DNA of 64,000 nucleotides, from contig MU058000.1 in NCBI GenBank assembly GCA_013265495.1, positions 2,232,001 through 2,296,000 on the forward strand, in the 5' to 3' direction. The notes beneath the pieces are model-generated. The model made no database searches. It was not told where the DNA came from and saw nothing but the letters and a program-made list of their open reading frames with translations. The stretch comes from Vicugna vicugna. Lineage: Eukaryota. Positions 11,536 to 24,599 of the stretch are shown here, one piece after another (position 1 is the stretch's first letter; each line of letters opens with the position of its first letter). Both the position numbers and the translations under genes were made by a program.

Positions 11536-13479
11536 GTAAGAAGAAAGCAGGGAATCAGCAATATTATCTCATAAAGAAAATGCATTGAAAGTAAATTAGT
11601 TGGATTCCTTCTATTATTTTTAATATATTTCTTCTAAATTAAAGTTGAAATTGTCAATGAAGCCTTAGCATAGCTGCTAAAAATGAGGGAGACAATAATT
11701 GAAGAAACCAAAGAATCTGATGACCTCTGTTACTTAAGTCCATACAAATCAAAAATAATCCATAGCAATTTGCTGTTTATTTGCTTCCTCTGTGATCATT
11801 AGTTTTCAGAGATTACAAGTGCAAAACACCCTTTCAGATGTAGGAAGCATTTAAAATATAGGGCTATAGTCCACGTTCAAAATGAAATCTGAAAATGAAT
11901 AGGTTCTTGACTTACATTTTTTTAACTTTCCTTTTTACGACTGTATGCAAACAGGTTCCTTCACATGGCCCCAGTGAATAGAACTGAAATTTCAAAGCTT
12001 TCTGATGCCAAAAGTTAATTGTATACTTTCATGCTATTTTACGGTGTTAAAAGGCAAATATTTTCTTTGCTTTTTCTTCTTAATAATATTAATATTACAT
12101 TTTATTATTATAAATATAGTTAACATGTCTTTAGATTCTTTATAAGAATTTTCAAAGCACAGGAAAGTGTAAATGTTATCATTATAATTTTACTGAGCTT
12201 CTTCTAAAATCTTTACATATGTGATTTCAGTTTTACTCAGAAGGAAGACCTTCACTGTTGGTATAATTTATCCAAAAAACAGAAGCTTCATCTACGTGAT
12301 TCATTCACATCAGGAGTTGTTTCATAACGCAACAGGTCCAGAGAACTGATTCAGCGTGGCAGCACCCTGGACACCACACCCAACCATCACATCAGAATCA
12401 TGAAAAGGCTTCTTCACGATCTTGGATGTGGTCCACCATCAGGCAGAAATCTAGTCCGGCTAGTGGAAGCACTAACTCACACTCTTCCTGTTTCTTCATT
12501 CCTATTTTACCTCTAACTTGCCAAAAAGAGCTTTAAATTTAACATAGAGCTCGATCGCTTTCCCAAAAAATGATGATTAAAGAAAGAATAAATAGGATAT
12601 TGAACTCTTGATTGATAGGATGTATTTTCATCAATATTGTCCATTATAAGAGGAAAAGTAAGTCAGAAAGAAACTCAGAAGTCAAGTCTGTAAAAACAAG
12701 AGAGTGTCTCATTGGAGGTTAGAAGCATTACAATACATGAGAGAAACCAAACACACTTCATATTTTTCATGTATTCACAGTGACAAACATTGAAGTTTGC
12801 CTTTATTGACATATAAAGGTTATTGTGGGCTGTTATGACACATTATTTCTTGCTGTCTCTTTTTTTTTCTTAAGGACTTTCCTAAGATAATGTGATGTAA
12901 ATTGCTACTAGCATAAAACACTTTTCCAGCAATAGATAAAAGCAGAATTTTGGCTGCAAGAAGCCGATATTTCAACGCCTGCTTCAGGCAGAATACATTG
13001 AATTCTATGCCCTCTGTTGTTATTTGAGTCATGCTGTTCCTGTTGTTTCTCTTCGGGGAGCTAAAATACTAATATCTTAATTTTCAGACATCAATATTAG
13101 TTTAATGACTGAGACATAATTGTAAAACTTGCTAACAAGGCCCAGACTGAAAACGTCTTTAATAAAATAGCAAAATCAGCAACTCAAAGCTTAAAGGAGT
13201 TGCGAACTTTACCAGAACATAAATCATCAACTCTCTCTAGAATCAAAGTCAATAAAGAGAAGGAGATCTTTTTTTTCCCCTACATCAGTTGATTTGCAAT
13301 AAATAGGCTTAAGGCCCAAGTCTGCCATATGCACAATATTACCATGCAATAAAATAACATTTTAAGAAGCTATATTTTGTTAATTAAAAAAACTGTCAAT
13401 AAATAATACCATGCTAGCTATTAAGCTAATTTCTACAAGTCTAAAGAGAAATAATTCAGTATTGTAGATCTCCAGGGCA

Positions 13480-13970
13480 CTCTTTAAAGGAATCAGACAA
13501 TACATCCCGTGTAAGAGGTGCTACAGGTGAGCTGGGACAGCTCAGGCGGGTGTTGAGAATGGGGTGAAGTGAGGTCAGAGGAAACTTCCATGGGCGGTTA
13601 ATGTCTAAATGGTCAAAGAGGAGTCACGCCCATGATGTTACTGAGAGCCACAGCTACAGAGGCTCAGGACAGAGAGGGGACCTGGTGGACTCTGGGAGCT
13701 TCAAAAGCTCCTGTCTGGTTTGAATATGGACATAAGGAAGAGAGACAGGTGAAGGTCTGTCATCAAGTATGGCATGTACCGTATTAAAGAGATCAAATTT
13801 TTCTAAAAGCTACTGGGGGCTAACCAAGAAAAGCTTTCATGTAGGAAACTGATATATTCTGATGGGTGGTCCACTCTGGCAACAGTATCAACCGCAGATT
13901 GGGGGTGGGGACCTGGAGGTGTGACAGATGTGACATTAATTTTGGTGACAAATGATAAGGTTCCCCATTG
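13480..13970 (-). mobile_element. L2 LINE fragment
   Basis: 'ggtcagaggaaacttcc...ggtgaaggtctgtcatca...ccactctggcaacagt..gcagattgggggtgg' typical antisense L2 3' region. Confidence 0.6.
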
Positions 13971-14249
13971 ACGCAAACATGAAAGGTCAGTAGTGGTAGA
14001 TTTTTTCTATTTAGTGCAATTCAGCTTCCCAACTATGCATATGAATGTTTTTACAGGCAATAAACTGAATATCAAGTAGATATGATGTGGACAATACAGA
14101 TCAATAGTACATGCATTTACAAAACAATATTCTTCTTAGTCCAAGGATCGAATACCATTTTTGCCAAAACCTATTTCTATGGAGAACAAAAAAAAGTAGC
14201 ATTCATTGGTCCACAGCTACCAAACAGCTGTGTGATTAATTCTGTAGAT

Positions 14250-14420
14250 TTTGCCTTCTTTAACTCTGACCCCAAAAGCTATGAGTAGGGGCTCTTATTC
14301 CTCTTATAATGATGAAGAAACTGAGATAGATAATGTGTGACTGTCCAAGGCTTCACAGCAGGCCCGGGAATGAAAACCACATCAGTCTGACTTCAGGGAC
14401 TATGGTCTTAATCTCTATGA
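14250..14420 (-). mobile_element. MIR SINE fragment
   Basis: 'ctatgagtaggg..ttattcctctta..gatgaagaaactgaga..tgactgtccaagg..cacagc...gtctgacttcag'. Confidence 0.75.
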
Positions 14421-16029
14421 AATATACCGCTTCCCCTAATTCATGTATTTGGAATTCTCTGCACACTGTTACAGTAAATTCTATTCTGAAGCTGAAATCA
14501 AGTTCAGCAGGTACAGCATCCATCAACCAGGTGATCTGATGCTGGCTTGTGAAAAGGTTTTAGGTAATGGATACAGGCTTGGCTGCAGGTGACAGGCCTG
14601 CGCATTTGTACCTTAATGACCGAGGAGGGCTGATGCGCGGCTATGGTGACAATCATGGCTCCAAGGGAAGGGGACAGGAGTGAGGACAGACTGCTGTGAG
14701 GGCAGAGCGGAGGTGGGAAGCACTAATGCCATCAATATTAATGCTGGTCACAATGTGAGCTCAGAGCCAGAGAGGCTGGTGGAGTAGGCACCCCTGAGAG
14801 CCTAACAGCCACGTCGGATCATCAAAGGGCAGATGTTAAATGTGATGCAGAGGAAAAGTGCGAGGAAGTGCTGACAAGTGCACGGCTGAAGGAATAGGCA
14901 AGCACACATGGTGGGAATTGTCAGACACAAGTGTCATCTCGGAAAAAAGCGGAGGACGGGGGAGAGGGGACTCACTTATTCCTCAAAAATCCACCATTTT
15001 AGCTTTTAGCCCAAGCCAGGGGCAAGCAACACAAAGTGACAAATATTTAAACATATTCACCAGTCCCCATAATTAAAGATCAAAACAAGTGGTTTCTCCC
15101 GAAGGAAATCTTACTGCACAACGATAGGTGTAATTTTCTCCAAAAAGCTCTTTGCTTGAGGGAAAAATAGAGTGAAAAAAAATATTCAGGGCTGCCATGA
15201 TTTCTTTTGTTTGTCTCCATGTATCCGTAGGTGGCTTTTCCGGTGTGTGCCGGTCCTCACCTCCTTTGAGCATCTGTGTTTTGTCGCTAAGGCACGTTGA
15301 TGAGGCGAGCAGAATTTCTCCCCGGTGCTGCTGAAGTAGTCATTGTTCATCTGTGAATTGTAGACTCACAGCACTTCAACCAGTTTACCAATTAACACAA
15401 AAGATCCCTATTTGAAAGGATGCAGAACAGGATGCAAGCGTGTGCCTGAAAACATAAAACTGTATGTGACTTTGACCTTCTCCATCACCTCCAGTGGAGT
15501 GAAGTATTTCCCACTGCAGCAAACATCACTACTCAGTCATGCCGTGGACCTAGAACAAATCATCCTTCCAGGCAAAGAAATGTCTTCAGACGTCAGATGC
15601 AGAGTGGTAGCTGCTCGTGCATGTCTACCCGAGGCAGGTCGTTTTAGAAGCAAAAGTGAAATGACCATCGCAGTTATTCACAATCTGATAGCCACAAGCT
15701 GAATTACCCTCCATGTTGGAGGAGCGATATTGTGACTACAAATAAAAAGTTAGGCTGGCTTGGCTTCTAGTGATGTTTAGCGTTAGAATAACTGTGCTTA
15801 CTTTGTACGGCTGGATAAATATTGCATTTACTTGAATTAAGAAGAGAGGAGATGTGTGAGGCAGAGAAGTGAAAAAAAGAACAAATATAAGACGATGAAA
15901 CACAGAAGGTTGAAAAAAAGGCATTAAATTGAGAGGTACAGACATGGCTCTTTCATACACAGTATGTTTGTCGATAAAACAAGGAAGGGGATGGAAGCAG
16001 GGGAAGGAAGAATAAGACTTCCGCCGCCA

Positions 16030-16192
16030 TAAAGCCTAGTACCTCAGTCTGCCGTGTCAAGCTCTGTTCTCTATGTAAACCTCATAAGGACCTAATTTAG
16101 TTAGATTGATTACCTCACATCAAGATGATCTGTATCTCCACTTAAACTAGCGACTGGCATTTTATAAGACGTTAACAAATATTTGTTGAGCG
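16030..16192 (+). mobile_element. L2 3' end fragment
   Basis: 'tgtaaacctcataaggac...tgtatctcca...ctggcat..taagacgttaacaaatatttgttga' L2 terminus. Confidence 0.55.
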
Positions 16193-16467
16193 GAAGACTG
16201 CATGGAGCCTGGAAGCTGGTCTTTCCAGCCCCGTGTTTACGTTTTCGCTTCCACTTTCACATCTTAAGCTGCCCTTTTTGAATCTTGTACAAACGAGTCA
16301 AGAGCCCTTTTAAAATTCTCGTTTCTTTGTAGACTCTGTTTGGACAATTTTAGCCCCAAATAATTTATCTTATGAAATCACAAGGCTTATTTTTGGTTCT
16401 ATTGACATAACTGGTTTTATACTGTGATATTTTATGGAGTTATTGTGTGGTGTATATATTTAGTTTT

Positions 16468-16488
16468 GTGTGTGTGTGTGTGTGTGTG
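16468..16488. repeat. (TG)n microsatellite
   Basis: Direct reading. Confidence 0.95.
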
Positions 16489-18860
16489 CATTTCTATACG
16501 ATACCATGGTAAGTTTCTTGAGGGTTGGGAGCCCAAAGGTGCACATTTTCCATCTCTCTCATTCCCAGCATAATGTTATATCATGATGTGAGTTCAATAG
16601 TCATTGAAGGGCTCATTCCACAATCATTGAGGAAATGGGAGAATTATGGGAAAACAGCTGAATGAAGCCAAGTCCTAGACTCTTTCACCTACAACTTCAG
16701 GAAACGAGAAAAAGTAATTGTTGAGTAATTTTCGCTTCAAATTCAGTTAGAATAGGAGAGACTGACAATAATTTAAATACAGATTTGCTCAGCAAAGCAT
16801 TTGCAATGGTGCTTCTCTATAGTAAGAGAGAAGCTTTTACAAAATTGGTACTATAAAGAGGTAAATTAAACAATAACGCAAAACTTCCAAGAATTATTTT
16901 CATTCAAAGCTTCATAATCTGCAAAGGAATGATGAGGACAATCTCATAGATTGCTTTTCCTTTATTATTTGATATGTTCATTTCACCTGGCAAAATACAT
17001 ACATTAAATTTTCTACTCACCAGAATACATTTAAAAGACTGGCTGTTTATAAACGAGCAAGGACAAAGACGGGGGAAAGAAAGAACAGCAAAGGTATCTA
17101 TCTGTCGATGCCATCTTGAAAGACAGAAAAACGATGGCTACAGTAAAACAGAGAGAACTGGAATATAAATACTCATGGAGAGGGATAATTATAAGAAACT
17201 AGCTGAGTCACCTTGGGGGACAGAGGAGACTCTCAGGGGTTGGACAGCCCACTGAAGAAGATGGAGATTCACTCAGATGATGCAACTTGGCTTAAACTGT
17301 GTGGACCAGTTTGACTTCTGTTCTCATCGTTGACCCACTGGCAGTTTAAGCCAGGTTTGAAATTTTTCATAGGATATCGATAGCCGTGATCAAGAAGAAA
17401 AATGATCTGAGAGATATATAGAAAGCACAGAACATACAAAATCAAGAAAATTATTATTAAAAATGAGGAGAGAAATAAAATGAAGGGTCACATATTCAGA
17501 TCAATAGTGAAGAGCATCATAATAAAAACTATATATATTGACTCAAACAAAGAAAGTAATTATATAGTGAAGGTGGAAAAGGAAAAAATTGGCACTACAA
17601 AGAATATAAGAAATCCAAAGTCCTCAAATATAAAGGCAAAATATAAAAAAAATAACTACTTAAAATTTTAAATGATATGACACCATAGTATGCTCATATT
17701 ATTTAGACATAATGGAGTTGATAGAAGCAAAATATGCTAACGTGGTGTAAAATTATTTCTTCTGGGGAGTAAGAGACTTGAGGACTGATTCTTTTCCCTA
17801 AGGCATGTAGTTTACTTTTTAAAAAATCGATCTAATAATTTGATAAATAAATGTAATCATAAATACATTTCATGGTAAAATCATGAAAACATTCTTCTTT
17901 ATACAGTAACATTCTCATGTTCCCTAAGTACAAATATTTACTTCATCAAACTAACTTACCAGAACATATGATATATTGGACACACACAATCAATCTCTAA
18001 ACTATACCAAAATTACAATAAAGGCTTTCTTAAAGGGTGATAAAATGAGGGCAAAGAAAACAAGAGGAACAAAGAAGACATTAAAAAAGAAGTAAAGAAA
18101 GCTTGAAGTGAATAAATATCCAAGGAAGGAAGCATCTAAGCTGTTGGTAGAAGTCAATGAGCAACTCAATTAATCTAGATGTGGATGGAATTCAGGGCTT
18201 TTGAAAGAAGTGAGATTGAAAGAAGAGGGTTGTTAAAAAATATTGAAGGGAGGATCAGTAACAAAAAAGAAAAAGAGACAGAGACAGAAAATGTAAAGGA
18301 AAAGGAATGACCTGTAGAGGGAAGTAGCAAACATTGGAACAGATGCACAGACAGGGATAGAAGTTAAACTTCACTGATTGTGCTTTGTTTTGTAGATTTG
18401 ACTTTGCCTCATGTAGGTAATTATAAAACAAAACCAATTTTAATATAAATTGAGGACTGATTCGTTATTAAAAATAAAGAGGCTAATTAAACAAATCAAT
18501 CTAAGTGTGTTTCAAGTGAGATATAACTACAGAAGAGAGAAATTATTTTAAGTTATATTTGACAGTACGTCACTGATAGACTACATGCTAAGTAAACAAA
18601 GTAAATTAAAAAAAAAACTTCAAACCTCCTTTAGTAATGAAATTATTTTGGTATTGTTACTGATTCTGTGACTATATTGAGTGAGTATCATTTGTTACCC
18701 AGATTTTCAGAATGGGAGAAAGGAGTTTAAGATGTAAAAATGAATGAAGTTAAGTAACAATCTCGTAGTCCTGAATATGAATAGGAAACATCACTGTGAA
18801 ATTTATGACCAATCCAGTGGCAGTGAACACCATAGTTCTCAGATTATGGCTTCTCTGTAC

Positions 18861-19075
18861 CAGTGGTTCTAACTGGGCACAGTTTGAATACATAGTGGGG
18901 CATTTAACAATGTCTGGAGATATTTTTGGTTGTCACAAGTGAATGCGAGTGACACTACTGGCATTGAGTGAGTGGAAGAAAGAAATGCTGCTTAAACATC
19001 CCACAATGCAAAGCCTGCTGACAACAAAGAGTCATCCAGATCCAAATGCCAATATTTCTAGGTTGAGAAATGCTG
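18861..19075 (+). mobile_element. MER20 (hAT-Charlie MITE)
   Basis: 'cagtggttct.aactggg...ggcatttaacaatgtctggagatatttttggttgtcacaa...ctactggcat...aaacatcccacaatgca...ggttgagaaatgctg'; partial TSD ctgtac on both sides. Confidence 0.9.
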
Positions 19076-19840
19076 CTGTACGTCATACTCTACTAAAAAC
19101 TCCTTACATAAATGGCTGGTACCTGATATGGGAAAATAATTGTACAAGATGAATCTAATATACTTTGTCTTACTTGAAAGTAAAAGAGTTACCAAGGTCC
19201 TGTCAAAAAAGCTGAGAAGTCAATTGAAAAAATAATTACTCTTTGCTAATGATGAGGCAATTGTGAATATAAATCAGAATTGTGATTAGAATAAATTGAA
19301 ACACATCAAATATATATAATGGTATGCTTTCATAATAAAATTAAACAACAGCAACAAAGGACCAAAAACACCCTCTTAGCTTAACCTAGGAGGAAGTCTG
19401 GGAGTCAACTGATTATTCTGAAAATGGATAAGTATAGGAGAAGAACAAAATTTCATCCTTCATTTCTTATACAAATTGTACCTCAGTGTCAGCAAATAGT
19501 TGATGATGGGAAGATTTTTTAATCAAAATATTATACCTACATAATGAAAAAACCATAGCTAGAATATCACAGAGAAGAAGATAAAATATCAAATTTTACC
19601 ATAGGGATTTAGTCATAAACATCCAAGCTATTGGAAACTACAGGATAGGGACAAATAAAACAATTTCATCATCAAATAAGCTGATAGAAAAAAGAAGATG
19701 GAATACATTGAGAATATAAGATTCTTAATGAAAATATCAATATAGACCTTATTCGGATCATAATTCAGACACACATACACACCCACACAATATGGGAAGT
19801 GAGTCCCTGACTATAAAGACTAATGCAAATTCTAGGCCGT

Positions 19841-20418
19841 TGTGTTTGGTGTTCCCAATACCACCCAAGACATCACAATTTGTCAGAGGGATTCATGAGA
19901 CTCAGAAAAGTTGTTATACTCACAATTATGAGTCATTACAACGAAAAGAGACCGGTTAAAACTAGAAGAGGGAAAAGACTCAGGGAGGCAAATCCTGGAG
20001 GAAGAAAGAAACACACTTTGAGGTGTCCTCTCCCACTGGAATCACGGCCATACTTAATTCTCCCAGCAGAGACGTGTGACCGCACGTGTGAGGTATTGTC
20101 AGCAAGGGGAGTGTCCCTGAGCCTTGGGGTCCAGGGTTTTTATTGGGGGTCAGTTGTGTAGACACGTAGTGTCTGTGTTACTAACCTTAGCTATTCAGAC
20201 TCCGTCCTCCCAGCACAAAAACAGATCCCATCCTTAGGGTAAACTATCTGATCAGACTGACCCTGCATGGCACACAAAATCACTTCTTTAAGAATATACC
20301 AAGGGCTCAGAGTTCACCTCCTACGAGCAGGCAAAGAGCCAGTCTTGAAGACAGACGTTCTTGAGATTGTGCATGGTTTGAACAACCCAGGCCTGATGAG
20401 TTAATCTTTGCCTGCACG
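19841..20418 (-). mobile_element. Solo LTR, MER21C/MER77-like
   Basis: 'gactcagaaaagttgttatactcac', 'gagccttggggtccagggtttttattggggg', terminal 'gaacaacccaggcctgatgagttaatcttt.cctgcac'. Confidence 0.8.
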
Positions 20419-21239
20419 TAATGGTGCAGGTCCTGTTATTTTGGTTCTATTAACAAAGAACCTTGCTCTTTTAGACTTCACATCAAAATGTTTGAAAATG
20501 AAATGTTACGATGTCTGAGATTTTCATCTATATTATGTGATGGAGGGGAGAAAATATATTGAACTATTGATGAAATAAAATTGATTGTGAGTCAGTAATG
20601 GCTGAAGTCGTATATTGAGGGGTTCCTATGTTAGTCTGTCTACTATAGATTTTCAGTTTTTTAAATAATTATTTTAAAATAGACATAAAAGCAGTTAACT
20701 CTACAGGATTCCTCATAGTATGGCTGGGTGCTTCTCCCTTTCTCAAATTAAACAGAAGATGGGTGGTTTAACCTCTGATAGGACAGAGTAGTGGGACCAG
20801 AACTGGGAAGCAGCACATGAGGATGAAGGGACCACACTGAAACAAAAACATTTCTGAAAGCCAGTACTTTACATTTAGCATTAAAATCCAATACCTAATT
20901 AATGAGCATTAGTGAGAATAAATAAACAAGAAAGTAAATTATCAAGTATAACAATTCAAGAACAATTTCCAGATTTGAAAGATGGGTGGCATAAATTGCC
21001 TCCAAAATTGCCAAGTGTGAAACTATTTTTAGTGGGTTTCTCTGTAAAATAGAGCAAATTGCTTTTCTCATTAAAGAGAATATGGCAGCTTGGCAACAAT
21101 TAGACCCCCAAGAAACTTCATCAAGGTGGTAAGCCTCTGAGTTTCTGTAGGGAGATTCTGCTTTGATATTTCTTCCATGGGATTTAGTATTCATTGATAA
21201 TTCTCCGTTGACTAGATTACCATAACAGTTGAGAAATAA

Positions 21240-21870
21240 TGATAGTCTAATGCCTTCTTGCCTCCTATATTTATTAGTTAGCATTTTACTTAAGGCAGAA
21301 TTCCATTCTTCTCCATATTTTATTAATTTATTTAAATTATTTATGCAAGTGTGGACTATATTATTAATTAATTACTATCAATATTTGTTTCAATATTCAA
21401 ATTGTCCCAGATTGGGTGAGTCCCTTCAAGATGCTTCCTTTATTGTTTTGAGATCTCATCATTCTGTGAGCACTCTTTCAACACAAGGCATTTTAAGTTC
21501 ATCGTGAACTTTTCCTGCCCCAGTCCTGAGATCAGCCATTACTCTAAGGAGCTCTGATTCCTTTTTGTGGAAAATATTATTTAAAAACCAAGATCAATGT
21601 TATTTCTTCTATATCCTTGTAATGGCCAGATAAGATAAATGTAGGCATGGTGCACACACATGCACACACACACTCAATTATTTCCACACATACATACACA
21701 CATATCTACCTAGTTTTCTAGTTAATCTATCATCTGTTAAAAACCTAGATTCTGTCCATACTTCCTAATCCAGTCTAACATTTTGAGGTTTCTGTCTTCC
21801 CGTATTTCTACATCCCTTCGTCAACAATAAGGAATCTTCCACTTACTGCCCTCAGTATGTTCACCAGTCT
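21240..21870 (-). mobile_element. Old L1 3' region (L1MC4/5-like), antisense
   Basis: 'tcaaattgtcccagatt.gg..gagtcccttcaag', 'ttttcctgccccagtcctgagatcagccatt..tctaaggagctctgattcc'. Confidence 0.75.
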
Positions 21871-22143
21871 TCTCCTAAATATCTCCGGACAAGGTGGGCT
21901 GCTTTAGCCCATACCCATAGGCCCTGTCCATGTAAATTTTTTTCTTGACTGAAGTCACTGAACAAGCTGGCTGAGTTTTCTGAATTCATCCTAGCCCTCT
22001 AATGCCGCCAATCAGGATAGCCACTCTGACAGAGAATCAGAAGGGCAATCACTTAGAAGAAAGGTATATGAATTCATTTATTGGACTTCTATGTTTAATA
22101 TCAGCCAGATGCTATAGAGTGAGTATCAAAACTGATACACTTT

Positions 22144-22294
22144 TTAAATTTTTCCCCTTTTTTGGGGGGAGGGGAGTAATTATGTTTATTGATTTATCGA
22201 TTTTTAAATTTTTTTAATGGAGGCAGTGGGGATTGAACCCAGGACCTCGTGCGTGCTAGGTATGCACTCTACCACTGAGCTGTACTCTTTCCCC
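22144..22294 (-). mobile_element. tRNA-Ala-derived SINE (camelid Vic-1 type) with 16-bp TSD
   Basis: Reverse strand reads 'ggggaaagagtacagctcagtggtagagtgcatacctagcacgcacgaggtcctgggttcaatcccc' (A and B boxes) then an A-rich tail; TSD aaaactgatacacttt (22128-22143) / aaaactgaaatacttt (22295-22310). Confidence 0.88.
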
Positions 22295-24075
22295 AAAACT
22301 GAAATACTTTGATCCACAATTTAGATTATATCCTAGTGGGTTTTTTTTTCCCCTAAAACATAAAAGTTAGAAAAAGATTCTGAATGACAAATAATCAATT
22401 CTTTTCCATGCAGCTTTCCTACAAATAGTTAAGTAATATATAGTTTGAATTGCACAAGTTCAGCTGGATGCTGACAGCACAGTAGAAGCCAAGAAGACAG
22501 AAGTAACCTGAGTTATTCTGGGGGGTAAAGACTCTTGTCTTCTTTTTCTGTTGTTTACAACGACTCATCTTTAGACTTTGTTCTCCCTCAGCATTTGTTC
22601 TCTGAGACAGCACTATCATTACACACACACCCCCCCCCAAAATTTTACAGTGGACTTCAAGGTAATAGCTCTTACCGCTCTATCAGGTCTCATTTTGTTG
22701 CACCTAGAATACGGCCTTTTAACTGACCATTTCAAAGCTTTTACGGAACAAATCACCTTTGCTCATTTCCACTGTCACCTTCATTCAAGCTTCATTTTAT
22801 TCATCCCCTCCCCAAACTCATAAAATGCCATGCTGTCGATGGACATGCACTTCAATTTCCAAAGAGGTAAATGCAAGGTTTACCTAGTTACCAATTCAGG
22901 GTTGACCTTTAAAATTTAAACATAACAAGAAGAACTTTCTAATTCTATAGGAAAGGGCAGTTTAAAATATCTTCAACAAAGTTCTCAAATACAGACGTTT
23001 CTCTCCCTAAAACTTCATTTGCCCCCCCCACTTCCTTGCCTTTCTCAATGAAATATATGCTTAGCTTGAAAAACACATATAAAGTAAATATCTTTTGGCT
23101 TCAAAAAGAAATTAAAAGCAGCAGAGCATGTTATCATGGTCTTAAGGCTTTGTCTAGACTTAAAAAATAGATGTTGTGAAGCAGATTATTTTTATGTCTA
23201 TGATTTGAACCAAGCTCATGGGAGTGGATTTTCTCACATTTTATACATTCTTCTTTCTGAGGTGTCATCTACTCGGTAGCACAAAATGCAGAATTATTCA
23301 AGATAAACAATCTGGTATTTGGTAATGATGACAGAGTGAAGTGATTGTGCAGACCCTCCTGTAAATAATAATTCTAAGTACTAAATTAGTTGTGAAGACC
23401 AATTATTTAAAAGAACTAGAAAGTGTCCAAAAGAGAAGTGTTTACTCTTGAAAAGCTACATGTAGGTGAAAAACCACGAAAGTCAGAATATTACAACAAT
23501 ATTTTCAAATCACAAAGAAAAGAACTGTTGACTGAGAATTCTTTATCTGGCAAATTTCAGATAAACAAAAACTGAGAATATCTGGAAGCAGCAGAAAGGC
23601 TCTCCAAGAAATGCTAAAAGTGGAGTGTGACACCAGAAGGCAACTTGGATTTCGGAAGAGTGATGAGCCCTAGAAATGGCAAATAAGTGGATAAACACAG
23701 TATTTTGTTAGTCAAATGTTTACCATTTCTTTTCTTAGTTTCCTTTAAAGAACATTATCTGTCGACAAGAAAATTAATAGATGCTGTTGAGAAATTAATA
23801 ACAACATATATGATCATAGTGACACAAAGTACAGAGTAGTGTGGGAAATGGAAAGATGGGGCTCTAGAGTTTCTTTCTTTACTAGAAGTAAGTCAAAATC
23901 AACTCTGAGTAGATTGGGCTATGTTAAAGATACATATTTTAATTCCTAGACCCTTAAAGTATACACTTCAATTCCAATTCTTAAAAATAATGCAAACAAA
24001 TATAGCTAGAATGCAAAAATAGGAAATAAAATGGAATACCAAAGAAATATCTGATTAACAGAAAATTAGGCAGGA

Positions 24076-24488
24076 GCAGCAACCTGGATGGACCTAGAGA
24101 TGATCATACTAAGTGAAGTAAGTCAGACAGAGGAAGACAAATATCATATAATATCACTTATCTGTAGAATCTAAAAAATGAGACAGATGAACTTACTTAC
24201 AAAACAGAAACAGACTCACAGGCATAGAAAACAAACCTACGGTTAACTAGGGGAAGGGAGGTCGGGAGGGATAAATTAGGAGCTTGGGATTAACAAATAC
24301 ACACTGCTGTATACCAAATAGATAAACAGCAAGGACTGACTTACAGCACAGGGAACTATATTCAATATCTTGTAATAGCTTATAGTGAAAAAGTATATAT
24401 ATATATATATGTAAAACTGAATCACTAGGCTGTACACAAGAAACTAACACAACGTTGTATATCTACTATACTTCAATTTAAAAAAGGA
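24076..24488 (+). mobile_element. 5'-truncated recent L1 3' end with 16-bp TSD
   Basis: 'gcagcaacctggatggacctagagatgatcatactaagtgaagtaagtcagacagag...tatacttcaatttaaaaaa'; TSD agaaaattaggcagga (24060-24075) / agaaaataaggcagga (24489-24504). Confidence 0.93.
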
Positions 24489-24599
24489 AGAAAATAAGGC
24501 AGGAAAAAAGGAACAGAAAAATAAGAAAAGTGAAAGAAAATAGCAAAGAGCAAAATGGCATATCAAACCATATTTCTATTAAACATAAATAAAGTCACC

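Larger units (their letters stand above)
17400..20690 (+). mobile_element. Composite of old L1 (L1MC/L1ME-type) fragments, interrupted by MER20 and an LTR
   Basis: Long A-rich plus-strand bias with L1MC-like 3' motifs (e.g. 'gtcctgaat..gaataggaaacatca', 'gtggcagtgaacacc..agt.ctcagattatgg', 'gaaatgttacgatgtctgagattt'). Confidence 0.6.

Noticed and set aside
15262..15445. Minus-strand exon-like units (90-nt ATG-initiated unit and about 76-nt unit)
   Set aside because: One lacks a pyrimidine tract and the other has a weak donor; they are too close together to be separated by an intron; typical pseudo-exons
20895..21284. 129-aa minus-strand ORF
   Set aside because: Starts within an old L1 fragment, AT-rich codon content, no recognisable domain
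22216..22294. tRNA-Ala gene
   Set aside because: Has SINE tail and TSD, and acceptor/anticodon stems are degenerate; it is a SINE head
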